The translations under genes and the position numbers were made by a program. This document shows positions 1 to 12,300 of a stretch of DNA of 64,000 bases, one piece after another. Under the pieces are notes generated by a model. The model did not search any database. It was not told where the DNA came from and saw nothing but the letters and a program-made list of their open reading frames with translations. Source of the DNA: Octopus sinensis (taxonomy: Eukaryota); contig NC_043010.1 in NCBI RefSeq assembly GCF_006345805.1, forward strand, positions 18,972,001-19,036,000, in the 5' to 3' direction. Positions within the stretch are counted from its first letter, which is position 1. Each line of letters opens with the position of its first letter.

Positions 1-282
1 AGTCCACTCAGCTGGCAAAAATGAGTTGTGCTTGTATTTCAAAGGGTCAGCCTTGTCACTCTCTGTGTCACGCTGATTATCCCCGAGAACTACGTTAAGG
101 GTACACGTGTCTGTGGAATGCTCAGCCATTTGCACGTTAATTTCACGAGCAAGCTGTTCTGTTGATCGTATCAGCTGGGACCCTCGTCGTCGTAACCGGC
201 GGAGTCTTTAAATATATAGTTAGCAATTGCAAGACAACAAAAGAATGAAAGAGACCTTCACATTATGTAAATAGAGGAATTT

Positions 283-501
283 ATCTGTAAATATAATATG
301 TGACAATTATTCGGTAGCCATGATAAAACTCCAAGTTTCAGATGTTGGGGTGGAAACCCACACCGGTATCCCTTCAGTTATGATTTTCATAGCATTTTTT
401 TCTATGGCCCAATAACTGAAGAGATGCTGGCATGGGTTTCCACCCTGATGTCCGAAACTTTGATCATGGCTACCAAATAATTGTCACCAATTTATATTTA
501 C

Positions 502-505
<4 letters not shown>
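283..505. mobile_element. Fold-back (inverted-arm) Penelope-like remnant with degenerate hammerhead core
   Basis: Arms about 283-381 and 412-505 are reverse complements. CTGAAGA at 416-422 and GAAAC at 454-458. Ends in a (TA)n run. Confidence 0.65.
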
Positions 506-545
<40 letters not shown>

Positions 546-1044
546 ATGATACATACATACATACATACATACAGACAGACAGGCAGACATATGTATATAC
601 ATATGCCTGTGTGTGTATCCAAGAGCCTGTGTGTCTTTGTGGATGTATATGTGTGTGAATTCTTATTCTGTTTCTCTTTTGATTCCCCCCCCCCCACATA
701 ACAGCACCAAAACACTTTCACATTCTGTTTCTTTTTTTTTATTGGTATTTGTTTGAGAAATTCTTTAGATATGATTCATAAAGAGACACACTTAACAAAG
801 GTTTTTAAACTATTGTAAACTTAACAAAACACACAAATATTTATAGGTAGGACAGGCTTCTGCAAGTTTCATATTTTATATATGTAGTAAATTGATTTGG
901 GCGCACGTTATAGGAAGGTTTATGGGCTCAGATGGCTTCTGGGTGAGAAGATTTAGACCTCCATTGGTCAGTTCAGGTGATGTGTTTAGCCAGTTAGGGA
1001 CAGCAGTTCTTTCATTATATACTCCATGAGGTAGGCAGCAGGGA

Positions 1045-1262
1045 TCACATCATCATCATCATCATCATCGTTTAACGCCTGCTTTCCATGCTAGCATGGG
1101 TTGGACGATTTTGACTGAGGGCTGGTGAACCAGCTGGCTGCACCAGGCTCCAATCTTGATCTGGCAGAGTTTCTACAGCTGGATGCCCTTCCTAACACCA
1201 ACCACTCCGAGAGTGTAGTGGGAGCTTTTTAAGTGCCACCGGCACGGGGCCAGTCAGGCGGT
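1045..1262 (-). mobile_element. SINE/RTE-related non-autonomous element (family 'C': GGTTGGCGTTAGGAAGGGCATCCAGC core, (GAT)n tail)
   Basis: The same sequence recurs many times in the window (for example 5283, 11740, 21075, 23320, 34840, 57240, 58300). Confidence 0.8.
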
Positions 1263-1518
1263 ATATATATATATATATATGTATGTATATGTATGTATGC
1301 ATATAATCTGCATATCATACTTAATGGGAATACATCCTGGAAACTCTAATTAACTGCAGTCTCGTCCAGAAATGATATAACTTTTGGCTGTTCTGTATTG
1401 AATAACAAAAATACATGAGTAGCAAATGAACATCAACCAGCATCCATCTTGTTATGATCTACAAGTGGAGGCACAGTCCACCTTTCATATTGTCATCCTA
1501 ATCACCAGCGTCAGATCC

Positions 1519-1660
1519 CAGGCAAGCTGGACCTCAGGCAAGCTGGACCCCAGGCAAGCTGGACCTCAGGCAAGTTGGACCCCAGGCAATCTGGACCTCA
1601 GGCAAGCTGGACCTCAGGCAACCTGGACCTCAGGCAAGCTGGACCTCAGGCAAGCTGAAC
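1519..1660. repeat. 16-bp GC-rich minisatellite (CAGGCAAGCTGGACCY) x ~9
   Basis: Eight full units starting at 1519, 1535, 1551, 1567, 1583, 1599, 1615 and 1631, plus a partial ninth at 1647. Units differ by single substitutions. Confidence 0.95.
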
Positions 1661-2194
1661 TTTGGTGTGTACAAGCTGACAGTCATGGAAATTGCCTTGT
1701 TTTTGTCATGCCCTCCTAGCACATGGTGCCCCGGGTGACTGCCCGAGGTGCCAGTACCTTGAGCCAGCCTTGCTAATCATTCTGTCTTGCTTATTTCTTC
1801 CTTTTTCCTTCGGTTCATCTTAAACAGTCACCTCGTTGTCTCCTACTCACACCACTGACCATTCTTAACTCTCTTTACAACATTCTTTGATTTCTTCTTT
1901 GATTTCTTCCTCTTCTTTTTCTATCTGATGCCAGGAAAGACAACAACCACAACAACAACAGCAACAACAACAGAAACCACCTTATTAAATATTTTTATTT
2001 ATATTTTACAATTTTCAGTAAATAACTACAATTGTCTATAAAAATATTGAGTAGTAGCAGTAGTAGTAGTAGTAGTAATAAGAATAGTTGTTGCAATGAT
2101 AGCAGTTATTTATTTCTTTATATTATTATCAATAATGATGATGATGATGATGACAACGACAACAGCAACAACAATAATAATGCAGTGAGGCCAG

Positions 2195-2334
2195 TGGTTG
2201 GGGAGCGGTTAGTGGAGTTAGTTGATTAGATCGGTCTTGACTGGGACTTTTATTTCATTGACCCTAAAAGGATGAAAGGCAAAGTTGACCTAGGTCTGAT
2301 TGCAACTCACAATGTTAAGGGCCACAAGAAATGC

Positions 2335-2379
<45 letters not shown>

Positions 2380-2594
2380 CCTTTCTACTGGAAGCACAAG
2401 GCCTCAAATTTGGGGGAAGGGATTAAGTCGATTACATCGACCCCAGTGTGTAACTGGTACTTATTTAATCGAACACAAAAGAATGAAAGGCAAAGTTGAC
2501 CCCAGCAGAATTTGAACTCAGAACGTAGCAGCAGACGAAATACCACTAAGCATTTCGTCCAGCGTGTTGACAATTCTGCCAGCCCGCTGCCTTA

Positions 2595-2634
<40 letters not shown>

Positions 2635-4010
2635 GTAATAGTAATAATAATTTCTAATATATGCATAAGGCTACAGATATTTGTGTATGTGTAAAGAACA
2701 CGGATGGTTTAATCATAACCAGTGTATGACTGGTACTTATTTTATCAACCTTAGAAGACCAAATAGTAAACGTGTACCTCAGTAGAATCTGAACTAAAAA
2801 TGTAAAGGGACAAAACTAGATACCAGGTATTCTGCCCGGTGTTCTTCTGTATATGCCATTGACTGCTTTCAACAACAACAACAACAACAACAACAATCAT
2901 AATAATAATAATAATAATACTCCTAAAATTTGTTGGGGTAGGGTTAGTCATTTACATTGACCCCTGTTCTCAACAGGTACTTATTTTATTGACCCCAAAA
3001 GGATGAAAGGTAAAGTCAACCTCAGCAGAATTTGAACTCAGAGCATAAAGCTTGAAAAAATGCTACTAAGTATTTTGTTCGGCATGCTAACGATTCTGCC
3101 AGCTAAAATAATAAAAACAAAAAAAAAAATCTGTACAATTAAAATCTTTTTATATTGATTCTTTAAACCACTAATGGTGTGAAATGGTGTGACATGTGAC
3201 ATATTTTCCTACTAAAAGTGGAGAAATATGTATTGTGAAGTTCATGCCTTTCCCAGGAGCAGTTGTAATGTTAAATAATGTGGAATATTTCCAGACAAGA
3301 GCTGAAATCAGTTATTCTTTCTACTTCTAAAGAATAGTAACTTCCAATAATAATAATAATTTCTAAGGCACAAAGTTAGCAATTTTTGAGGGGAGAGGTT
3401 TAGTAAATACCATCAACCCCAGTATTTAACTGGTACTTTATTCTATTGGCCCCAAAAGTTAATGAAAGGCAAAGCTGACATTAGTGGGGTTTGAACTCAA
3501 ACTGAGCTAGAGGAAATACTGCAAAGTATTTGCTCTGATGCTCTACCGATTCTGGCAATCCACAGCCTTGATGATGATGACGATGATGATGATAATAATG
3601 GTTTCAAATTTTGGCATAAGGCCAGTAATTTTGGAGGAGGGATTGACTCAGTTACATTGACCCCAGTACTTGACTGGTATTATTGTATGAATCACAGAAA
3701 GATGAAAGGCTAAGTTGACCTCTGCAGAATTTGAAACCAGAACGTAAAGACAAATGAAATGCTACAAAGCTATTTGTCCGGTGTGCTAATAATTCTGCCA
3801 GCTTGCTGCCTTGATGATGATGATGTGATGATGATGATGATGATGATAAAGATTTTCTGATTTAGACACAAAACCAGCAACTCTGAGGGGTGGGATCAGC
3901 TGGGTCCATGAACCTTGTTATTTGATTTTATTGACCCTCCCAGAGAAATGAGAAACAAGATGGACCTCCACAGGATTTGAACTGAAATATAAAGAATGAG
4001 ATGAAATGAA
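2195..4010 (-). mobile_element. Stack of about 6 decayed tRNA-derived SINEs (family 'B': GCCTTTCATCCTTT core, Deu/Nin-domain-like) separated by (AAT)n/(GAT)n
   Basis: Repeated GACCCYRAAAGGATGAAAGGCAAAGTYGACC...ATTTGAAC motif, all in the same orientation. Confidence 0.8.
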
Positions 4011-4169
4011 TACTACAAAGCAGGTTTTGCAGCTCTCAAATGATGGAGAAGTACAAAGCTAGATATTTTGGGAGAGGCATCCAGTTAATTTAATAGATAT
4101 CCCCTCCCAACCTCCACAACTATTCCAGGACTATTTACAGAATGTGCAGAACAGAAAAAGAGAAAACGC

Positions 4170-4875
4170 AAAAATGTGGAGAAGAGGAAATAAAAGTTTG
4201 AAGGAGAGAAGCTTGTTTTAGTGTTTTACAAAAACACAAAACAAGTGAGAAAGGATTACAATAACACCTGGCTTTGGTTAAAGAAACTGATGGAATGATC
4301 TTGGTGACTCAAGAACAGGTTCTAAGAGTAAACTGGATCAAGAGGACAATAGAGCAACAAAACTGTTCACCTAAACATAGAATGTGTGATGATTCCAATG
4401 AGATTGTGGCTCACCTTGTATTGGAATGTCCACAATTAGCTCAAAATGAATACAAAAGTGTAGGCATGATAAGACTGTTGCAACAATTTTTGCAGGAAAT
4501 TTGGTTTTGCATGCTAGAAATGCTAACCCTCGAAGACAATGAAGTGAGGTTACTGTGGGACTTTCTTACAGAAAGAGAAAGAAGAATAGAACACAGCAGA
4601 CTGGATGAACTACGTATAGTAACCAAGGTAGCATACCCATTTGACAGCCGAGTAAAAAGAAAGGGAAAGGAAAAATGTGTGTAGTATATTGACATGAAGT
4701 ATGAAATCCTCAAGTGTTGGAAGAGAGAAATTAACAAAGTTATGATACTGCTGACTGGAGCCTGAGGAACAATAAGGGAAAAAAATCTAAGGACGAAACC
4801 TTGAAAACTTTTATCTCAAGCTGGAAATAAGTGTAGTAGATTCAGCAAGAGTTATCGAAAAGGTCTTGAGTACAA
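4170..4875 (+). pseudogene. Decayed 3' fragment of an R4/Dong-clade non-LTR retrotransposon (zinc knuckle + RLE endonuclease)
   Basis: KETDGMILVTQEQVLRVNWIKRTIEQQNCSPKHRMCDDSNEIVAHLVLECPQLAQNEYK (CCHC-like), LEDNEVRLLWDFLTERERRIEHSRLD, then ILLTGA*GTI and DSARVIEKVL. Frameshifts and stops are present. Confidence 0.85.
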
Positions 4876-6214
4876 TGTAAGAACAAGAAGAGTGGAGGAA
4901 TCTCTTTTGGTAGAAGATACTCCTCATCCAAATCATGAGCTGTGGTTTGATATGAAGTATAATTAAATTGGATGAAACACGAATTCTGTGAAATAATAGA
5001 ATGTAATAATGATTTCAAAGTTTGGCACAAGGCCAGCAATTTCAGAGTAGGGCTAAGTCAATTACACAGACTCCAATGCTCAACTGGTAATTATCTTATC
5101 AACCCAAAAGTATGAAAGGCACACCTTAGTAGGATTTGAACTCAGAATGTAAAGATGGATGAAGCATTAACCATTCTTCCAGCTTGTCACCTTCCAAGAA
5201 TATATCATTGCTAATCATAAATAACACCAAAAGTAGAAAGTTCAATTTGTAAGTATTTATGGTCTGGGCAAGGACTTCGAACATCATCATCATCGTCCTT
5301 TAATGTCTGCTTTCCATGCTAGCATGGGTTGGACGATTTGACTGAGGACTGGCGAACCAGATGGCTGCTTTTATGTGCCACCGGCACGAGGGCCAGTCAG
5401 GTGGTACTGGCAACGGTCACGCTCAAATGGTGCTCTTTATGTGCCACCTGCACAGTAGCCAGTCCAGCGGCACTGGCAATGATCTCACTCGAATGTTTTG
5501 TCACGTGCCACCAGCACAAGTGCTAGTAGGCGATCACGCTCGAACGGTGTTTTTAATGTGCCATCGGCTCAGAGGCCAGCTTGTTGCTCTGGCCCTATAA
5601 AAACAAAGCAACAACAAAGTAAATACGAAAATAATAATAATATTGGGTATTTTGTTTTTAATTCTAATAGTAGATGATAGAAGAATATATATTTAGTTTT
5701 TGGTAAAGCAGAAATTTTAGATTTATATAAGAAGGTTATGTTGGTGACATTTCTGCTTTGACCATAATTGTTAAAAACTGGAACGAAAGAGGGTCACTTA
5801 AGTCTATGATGATGGTGATGATGGTTCCCAACACCATCATGAAGGTACAAGCTTAAAAAGAAAGGGGATGATCGAGAAAATTGGTCCCTAGAAGGTGACT
5901 GGAAGTTATTTCATTCATTCCGGAATGATGAAAGGGAAAAAAATCACCATTCTTACTTTGAATCCAGAGACAATTATAAAACCATTGCCATGTTCTGTTT
6001 TCGCTTTGGCCACCAAAACCAATAAGATCTACATCAGAGTACAGCACAGTACTATGTATTATATAAAAAAGTACAGCATCACACACAGGCCTATTATATA
6101 TTTTGCTATCAAAGTACACTACACACTATTCAGTAAATGGTTTATATTAGAGTACAGAGTACAACATTGTATATGTTGTGCTTCATCATCATCGTCACTG
6201 CCCCCATCAGCAAT

Positions 6215-6270
<56 letters not shown>

Positions 6271-6985
6271 ACACACACTCACACACTCACACATGTATGT
6301 TAGAAAGCATAAACACAATGACAAATTTCTTTAGCATCAGTCCCATTCATGAAAGCACTTTTAAAACTATTTTCCAATCACATTAGCAGGAAGATTTACC
6401 CATAACACAGGTGGTAGGATAGAGGTGGAAGGGTAGTAGGGTAGGTTGGTTAGTAGTACCCTTATTGGGTTGACTGGAGGCAAATGGCACTGGTCCTTCA
6501 ACAAAACCAACCCCTTACAGTTTGTTATAGTCGTGTTGAGCTGAGATTCAGAAATATGAAGAAATAGTTCCACCAAATACTTAGAATGATTTCAGTGTCA
6601 CATTACATCACCACCACCACCACCACCACCACCACCATCACCACCACCACCACCGCCACCACCATCACCATCATCATCGTCATCATCATCATCATCATCA
6701 TTGTAATTATCATCACCCAGCAGTGGAGAGAATCCCTGCAAAGTTCCTTCTCATTCTTACTATTAGCTGTCTTTCTGTCTGTGTATGTGGCACACACGTA
6801 CATACATGCACGCGTATGTGTATGAGTGTGTTGATATGCATATATTATGCATAATTTTGTGTGAATTATAAGAACTGAAATAATTTGAATCTTATAATGC
6901 TCGGCTGTGGCTGAAGACTTTGATGTGCTGAAAAAAAAAACTGTGGAGTCTTCTGATTAACAATTTGCTGACATCTTTATATAAA

Positions 6986-7024
<39 letters not shown>

Positions 7025-8021
7025 GTATATGTATATATATATGTATATATATATGTATATATATTGTCTGTGTGTGTATGTGTTACATATATGAAGAGTG
7101 ATTCAAAAGGACCGGAAGAATTTAAATGATGTGTAATTTGTCTTAGAATTTTGTTATTCTATATTTTTGACACTACTTTTGCAATTTTCTAAGGAATATC
7201 CTTTGAAATTCATATTCATATAATGCCAACATCTTCGGCACTATCTAACCTAAAGAAATGGTGTTTTTATACAAATTTACAGGAAGTTACCTAATATGTA
7301 ATATTATAGACTTTATATTTTGGAATAAACCATGCTATTGAAATGTGTGTAGCGATCTTTGAATTATTTTTTGTTTTTGTTTACTATTATAGAATATCTA
7401 TATATTGAAAATATCTTTATTGTTTCATATATTTCAGAAAAATGTTATCATAAAAAATGGGAGAATATTCCGTGTCTAAAAACCACAAAATATAAATCTA
7501 ATTCTGCGCAAGTGTGCATGCATACCAAGTAGAAACAGTGGAGTGGTCTGTACAGCTAGCAGCATGAAGCGGAGGGGAATAGGCCAGCTATCCTGGTATT
7601 CTTGAATCACAGCAGTCACCGGGGTCTAGGGTCAGGTGTGCAAATGAATGCATTAGGGAGTTGGTTGAAGGCTGCGGTGAAGGGAAGGAAGGGGGTAGAT
7701 AGGATGGGAGACAAAGGTTTTATTAAACTCAACTCACCTCAGTTCTTAGCTGGTTTATTAATGGTAAAGGAACTTAAGAATACTCTGTACATATATGCAC
7801 ATATACTGTATATATATATGTGTGTGTATGTGTGTGTGTACATTTATACACATGTATATATATATATAATATTTTAAAATAGTGTACAATTAAACACAAA
7901 AGAAAACTACCTTTTAACAGGTAATTTTTACATGCTAGAAATAGCAGCCAACACGGCCAAAACCACGATATAATAGTAATTTTCGAAGTAAATAAAAAAT
8001 AAAAACTTTTACCTTGTTATT

Positions 8022-8026
8022 TTTAT

Positions 8027-8027
<1 letters not shown>
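8022..8027 (-). promoter_or_regulatory. Candidate polyadenylation signal (AATAAA on minus strand)
   Basis: First clear AATAAA about 250 nt past the predicted stop. AT-rich DNA gives many chance hits. Confidence 0.25.
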
Positions 8028-8064
<37 letters not shown>

Positions 8065-8277
8065 GTGTGTGTATGCATGTATATATATTCATCTTCTTTA
8101 CAACATGGCCAGATGCTTGCTAGACATATAGGATGTACATGTGTACGTATATAAGTGAATATGCAGTCTACATAAGTGAAATATGTGTTTTTCCTTGACT
8201 CTCCGTTTCTGTGAACCAATGTTCCACAACAGATCATAGAGTTTCATCATTCCGCTTGAAATATTAAATGTCCTGAT

Positions 8278-8347
8278 TTATTCTTCTTCATCATTATGTT
8301 CAGTGATGATGGTAGAAAGTTGTGGAACTGAATTTTTGCGCTGATTT
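8278..8347 (-). CDS. Probable terminal coding exon (70 bp) of the same gene
   Basis: Strong acceptor TTTTCTCTTTCTCTGTTCTTCAG ends at 8348. The phase-2 join gives ...EREDELK-NQRKNSVPQLSTIITEHNDEEE*(TAA 8280-8278), restoring an AKAP2-like 'ERE.ELK.QR' motif across the junction. Confidence 0.75.
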
Positions 8348-8643
8348 CTGAAGAACAGAGAAAGAGAAAATAACTATAAGATGGCAAAGAAAAAGAAAAC
8401 ACTTTAATGGTAGAGGTCCTAACACAGAACCAATTACAGACATTTCTGTCCCTGTAATTACACTAAGAATCACTATTTTTAGTAGCAAATATGTTCCAGG
8501 CTCTGAAACCCAAAATGATGGGTTGACCCAAAACATTTTGGACTTCATTCTTTCACATCCATCACACACTCAAAATACTATTCCCAAATCGGTTGAACTG
8601 AAAACATGGCAACATCTGCAAGGCTCCCATTTGAGAAAGAGAA

Positions 8644-8952
8644 CAAAGATATTCTTGAAAATGACTATTTATAAATCTCGCAGGAGATATTCAGCAACAG
8701 TACTTTGGAGTAAAGATTGTTTACCAACATAACATTTCAGTCCTAGTTTAGGACGAATGTTGCTGTAATTTAGCCCCAGCAGACATTGTTTTGAGCTGTG
8801 TTGGGGCGCTTGTTTGAAATTATAAGGACACATATTGTGTCGTATAGCCAGCTGGAGACGATATCTCCTGGGCTAAATTACAGCAACATTCGTCCTAAAC
8901 CAGGACTGCCATGTTATGTTGGCAAATAATCTTTACTCCAAAGATATTCTTG
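8644..8952. mobile_element. Palindromic non-autonomous element, copy 1, bounded by a 14-bp direct repeat
   Basis: Arms begin at 8703 and end at 8943, with about 74 bp at 5 mismatches. CAAAGATATTCTTG at 8644-8657 and 8939-8952. Confidence 0.8.
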
Positions 8953-9529
8953 TACATCACATAACTCACCTACCTCTCAAATAGCAAGTCAGTCATATTG
9001 GTCTCTAACCTTAAGCATTTCCATTGTCTGAGTAACTTTTCTCCCCATCTTTACTCCCCAAAGAAGCTCTAAATTTGATAAGTTCTTTGCTCAACTATTA
9101 CTGTGAATGTGGAAGCCAGAAGAGATTTGGATCCCATTACAAGTCTTATCAAGAAGTCAGTGGTTTGAGAGAGTTTTTGTTGCTATTTCCTGCAGACTGA
9201 GTGGCTGCCTAGAGGCATTATGTACGCAGAACTGCTGCAGTGAAAGATCCATTTACTACCAGCTACACTTCAAGCAGTACTCATTCAACAAAACTCTCGT
9301 TCTTCTCTCGACCAATCTTACCATCATTTATGTTGATATGCCGAGTGTAAGTTTGCCTCCAAGCAATTATTATCCTTAAATATTGCACTCAAGGGCAAAC
9401 TCTTATTCTTGCCAAACTCTTCAATAGATCTCTCCATACAGACATCTATTCCAATCTTTGGAAATATTCCACAGTATTTTCAACTCCCTAGGAGAGCATC
9501 GACCTATAACCTTCTCTTCTGACATCTGA

Positions 9530-9930
9530 AAAATGGCGCTGTGTGGTTAAAGAGTTTCCTTCCAAACCACATGGTTCTGGCTTCTGTCCCACTGTGTGGC
9601 ACTTTGGCTGAGAGTCTTCTAATGTAATCTCAGGCTGACCAAAGTCTTGTGAGTGGATTCGGTAGACAGAAACTGAAAGAAGCTTGTCATTCATATGCAT
9701 ATGTGTGTGTGTGTGTGTGCATGTGTGTCTTTGTGTTTGTCTCCCACCACCACCACCACCACTTGACAACTGTTGGTGTGTCTCTCTAACTTAGCGGTTC
9801 AGCAAAAGAGACTGACAGAATAAGTACTCGGCTTTAAAAAAATAAGTATTGGGGCTGATTCATTCAACTAAAAATTCTTCAAGGCAGTGCCCCAGTATGG
9901 TCGCAGTCTAATGACCGAAACAAAAGAAAG
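9530..9930 (+). mobile_element. tRNA-derived SINE (family 'A', internal (TG)n)
   Basis: A-box-like TGGCGCTGTGTGGTTAAG, then GGCACTTTGG..., GTGAGTGGATT.GGTAGAC.GAAACTGAAAGAAG and a tail ending GAAACAAAAGA, shared with 38845 and 58764. Confidence 0.8.
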
Positions 9931-10239
9931 CCATCATACTATTCACTTTATTCAGTAGTGAAGGCATGTGGCTTTGTGATTTGAGTGAAAGGTCATAAAG
10001 TTTGATTCTGAGACTGGGTGCTGTATTATATCTTTGCAAAAGGCTCTGTATTTCATGTTGCTCCAGTGTAATAAGCTGAAAACGAGTCCAAATTGTAGCT
10101 TTGAGTTAGCCTTGTGATAAAACTGGCATCCAGTCTAGGAGATTGTTGCACTTCTAACTGCTTTGTATGCGTCAAGAACTGGGATAATTGAAGCTCAAGG
10201 CTTAAGACCGATTATCTCTGTTAACTCACTACTTTGAGT

Positions 10240-10620
10240 CACTCTTTCTCCTCAGTGATCACCAATATGGCTTCAATAAATCAAGATCTACCACGAACCT
10301 GTGTTACTCTGAAATGATGTTGTACCTTTCAGAAATTTGGTGGGAACAATATCAGAGCATTTGGCACCAGTAGAGCATTTGATCTGGCATGTAAAACTTC
10401 TGGCTAAGCCACCTGCTTATGGGTTTAATCCATTGATCATTTCATAAATTAGAAACTTCTGGTCAGATGTCATGGAGTGTGTACGGATAGATTTCCCTCT
10501 GTGACTCACCCTCTCTCAACTCTGGTGTGTCTTTAATTTTTTGGTATTCTCCAGACTCAAGTACTTGTATTTAAATAAACAGCTTGCTGTCCATTCCAGC
10601 AATGTTTACTCCTATTTAGA
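10240..10620 (+). pseudogene. Decayed CR1/L2-group LINE reverse-transcriptase fragment
   Basis: Translates to LLSDHQYGFNKSRSTTNL, then (S)RAFD.WHVKLLAKPPAYGFNPLIIS, matching the QYGFR..RST and KAFD.VWH..LL.KL motifs of LINE RT. Confidence 0.7.
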
Positions 10621-11344
10621 TCCTCTCACCATTCAGCATTCCTTCATCTTCAACAGACACATGCACCATCCACATGCAACCAGGACATATCATGTTAAGT
10701 CTTGCCTGCTTATGAGGGGGTGAGGAAAGTTCCTGGCTTTAAGGGTATCATGAAAGGTCAAGTTCTTTTACAGGGTTTAGAAAAACTGAAGGACCACTGC
10801 AATAAGTGTATGAATCCGAGAGGGGAATATGTTTAATAAGATCATAATTAACTTTTTCTTTTATTTTCTTTTACCCAATCATCATCGTCATCATCAGTGA
10901 AGGCAATGGAATCTCTGTCATCATCAGTTTTATCTTTGTTTTTACAATTGCTAGCATGAGTTGAATGAGACTTGTTGAAGTATTATTTTGTGGCTTAGAA
11001 CATGCTAGGCATAAACAAGTGCCACCCCCCCACCATTAATAAACTGCAGTCTCTCTTGTTGTCCGTATTGTGTTTTACTGCTGTTCTCTGCACTAACCAC
11101 TTCACCCAATCCTTCCTCCCCTGTAATGTTAGTCAGCTCAAATTACCTTCACACCCACACATACCCTGTACATGTTAACTTACAGTTGCTTAAACTGAGC
11201 GTCAATTACATCAATGTGATCAGCTCAAGAGAATCTGCTCCTTCCTTGTGACTGAACTATATATATATTTACACATTATATTTATGTATATATATATATA
11301 CACACACACACATATATACATTATATATATTATGTGTATGTGTA

Positions 11345-11712
11345 TCGGAGACCCCCTTTGGTCATGAATGACCATAGGATTGCGCCTAGGAAGTTACCTT
11401 CCGAGGCACAAGTCCGGGCAAGGTTGTTTTGTGGAAGGCCAGCAGTCGCCCATGCATACCAGCCTCCCCTCTCCACACCACCGATGTTATCCAAGAGAAA
11501 AGCAAAGGCCGATACAGCTTGGCACCTGTGACATTGCAACTTATTTCCACAGCTGAGTGAACTGGTGAAACATGAAAATTTTTTTCTTTTTCTTTCTGCA
11601 AACATGAATTGGAGAAACATGTTTTGCTCAAGAACTCAACACACAGCCCAGTCCGGGATTCGAATTCACAACCTCACAATTGCAAGTTTGATGCTCTAAT
11701 CACTGAGCCATG
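11345..11712 (-). mobile_element. tRNA-derived SINE carrying an inserted 29-bp exon copy
   Basis: The minus strand starts CATGGCTCAGTGATTAGAGC (A box)...GAATTCGAATCCCGG (B box)...TTCTTGAGCAAAAC. Confidence 0.75.
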
Positions 11713-11739
11713 TATGTGCATATATATATATATAGACCC

Positions 11740-12195
11740 GACAAATGAAGTGAGTCCATGCTCGCAGGACAGCCTGCTGTGCTAACCTTGGATCGTAGAG
11801 TGACCCACTGTTCTTGAGGAGACCTGTTGAGTCAAGTTCGTCAGTATCAAAAAATTCGAATGGAAATTGTAGTTAAGACACCCGTACCGGTGACATGTAA
11901 AAGCACCGTTCGAGCGTGGTAGTTACTAGCATCGCCTGACTGGCGTCTGTGTCGGTGACACGTAAAAGCACCAACCGATCGTGGCCGTTTGCCAGCCTGC
12001 TCTGGCTCCTGTGCCGGTGGCACCTAAAAAACACCCACTACACTCATGGAGTGGTTGGCGTTAGGAAGGGCATCCAGCTGTAGAAACACTGCCAAATCAG
12101 ACTGGAGCCAGGTGCAGTCTCCATGGCTTACCAGACCCTGGTCGAACCGTCAAACCCATGCTAGAATGGAAAATGGATGTTAAATGATGATGATG
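11740..12195 (+). mobile_element. Family 'C' element with internal GGTG..TAAAAGCACC repeats and (GAT)n tail
   Basis: Matches the other family C copies. Confidence 0.8.
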
Positions 12196-12235
<40 letters not shown>

Positions 12236-12300
12236 AGAGTAAGCACATAAATGTGAAACAAGGTGGGAAAAAATAGTACTCGAATACCGGAGGTAGAGTA

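Noticed and set aside
1519-1660. Short direct-repeat array as a possible CRISPR
   Set aside because: There are no spacers (pure tandem units) and the context is eukaryotic.
5895-6386. 163-aa plus-strand ORF
   Set aside because: Partly a (CA)n repeat, no recognisable motif or splice context, and it looks like UTR or intergenic sequence.
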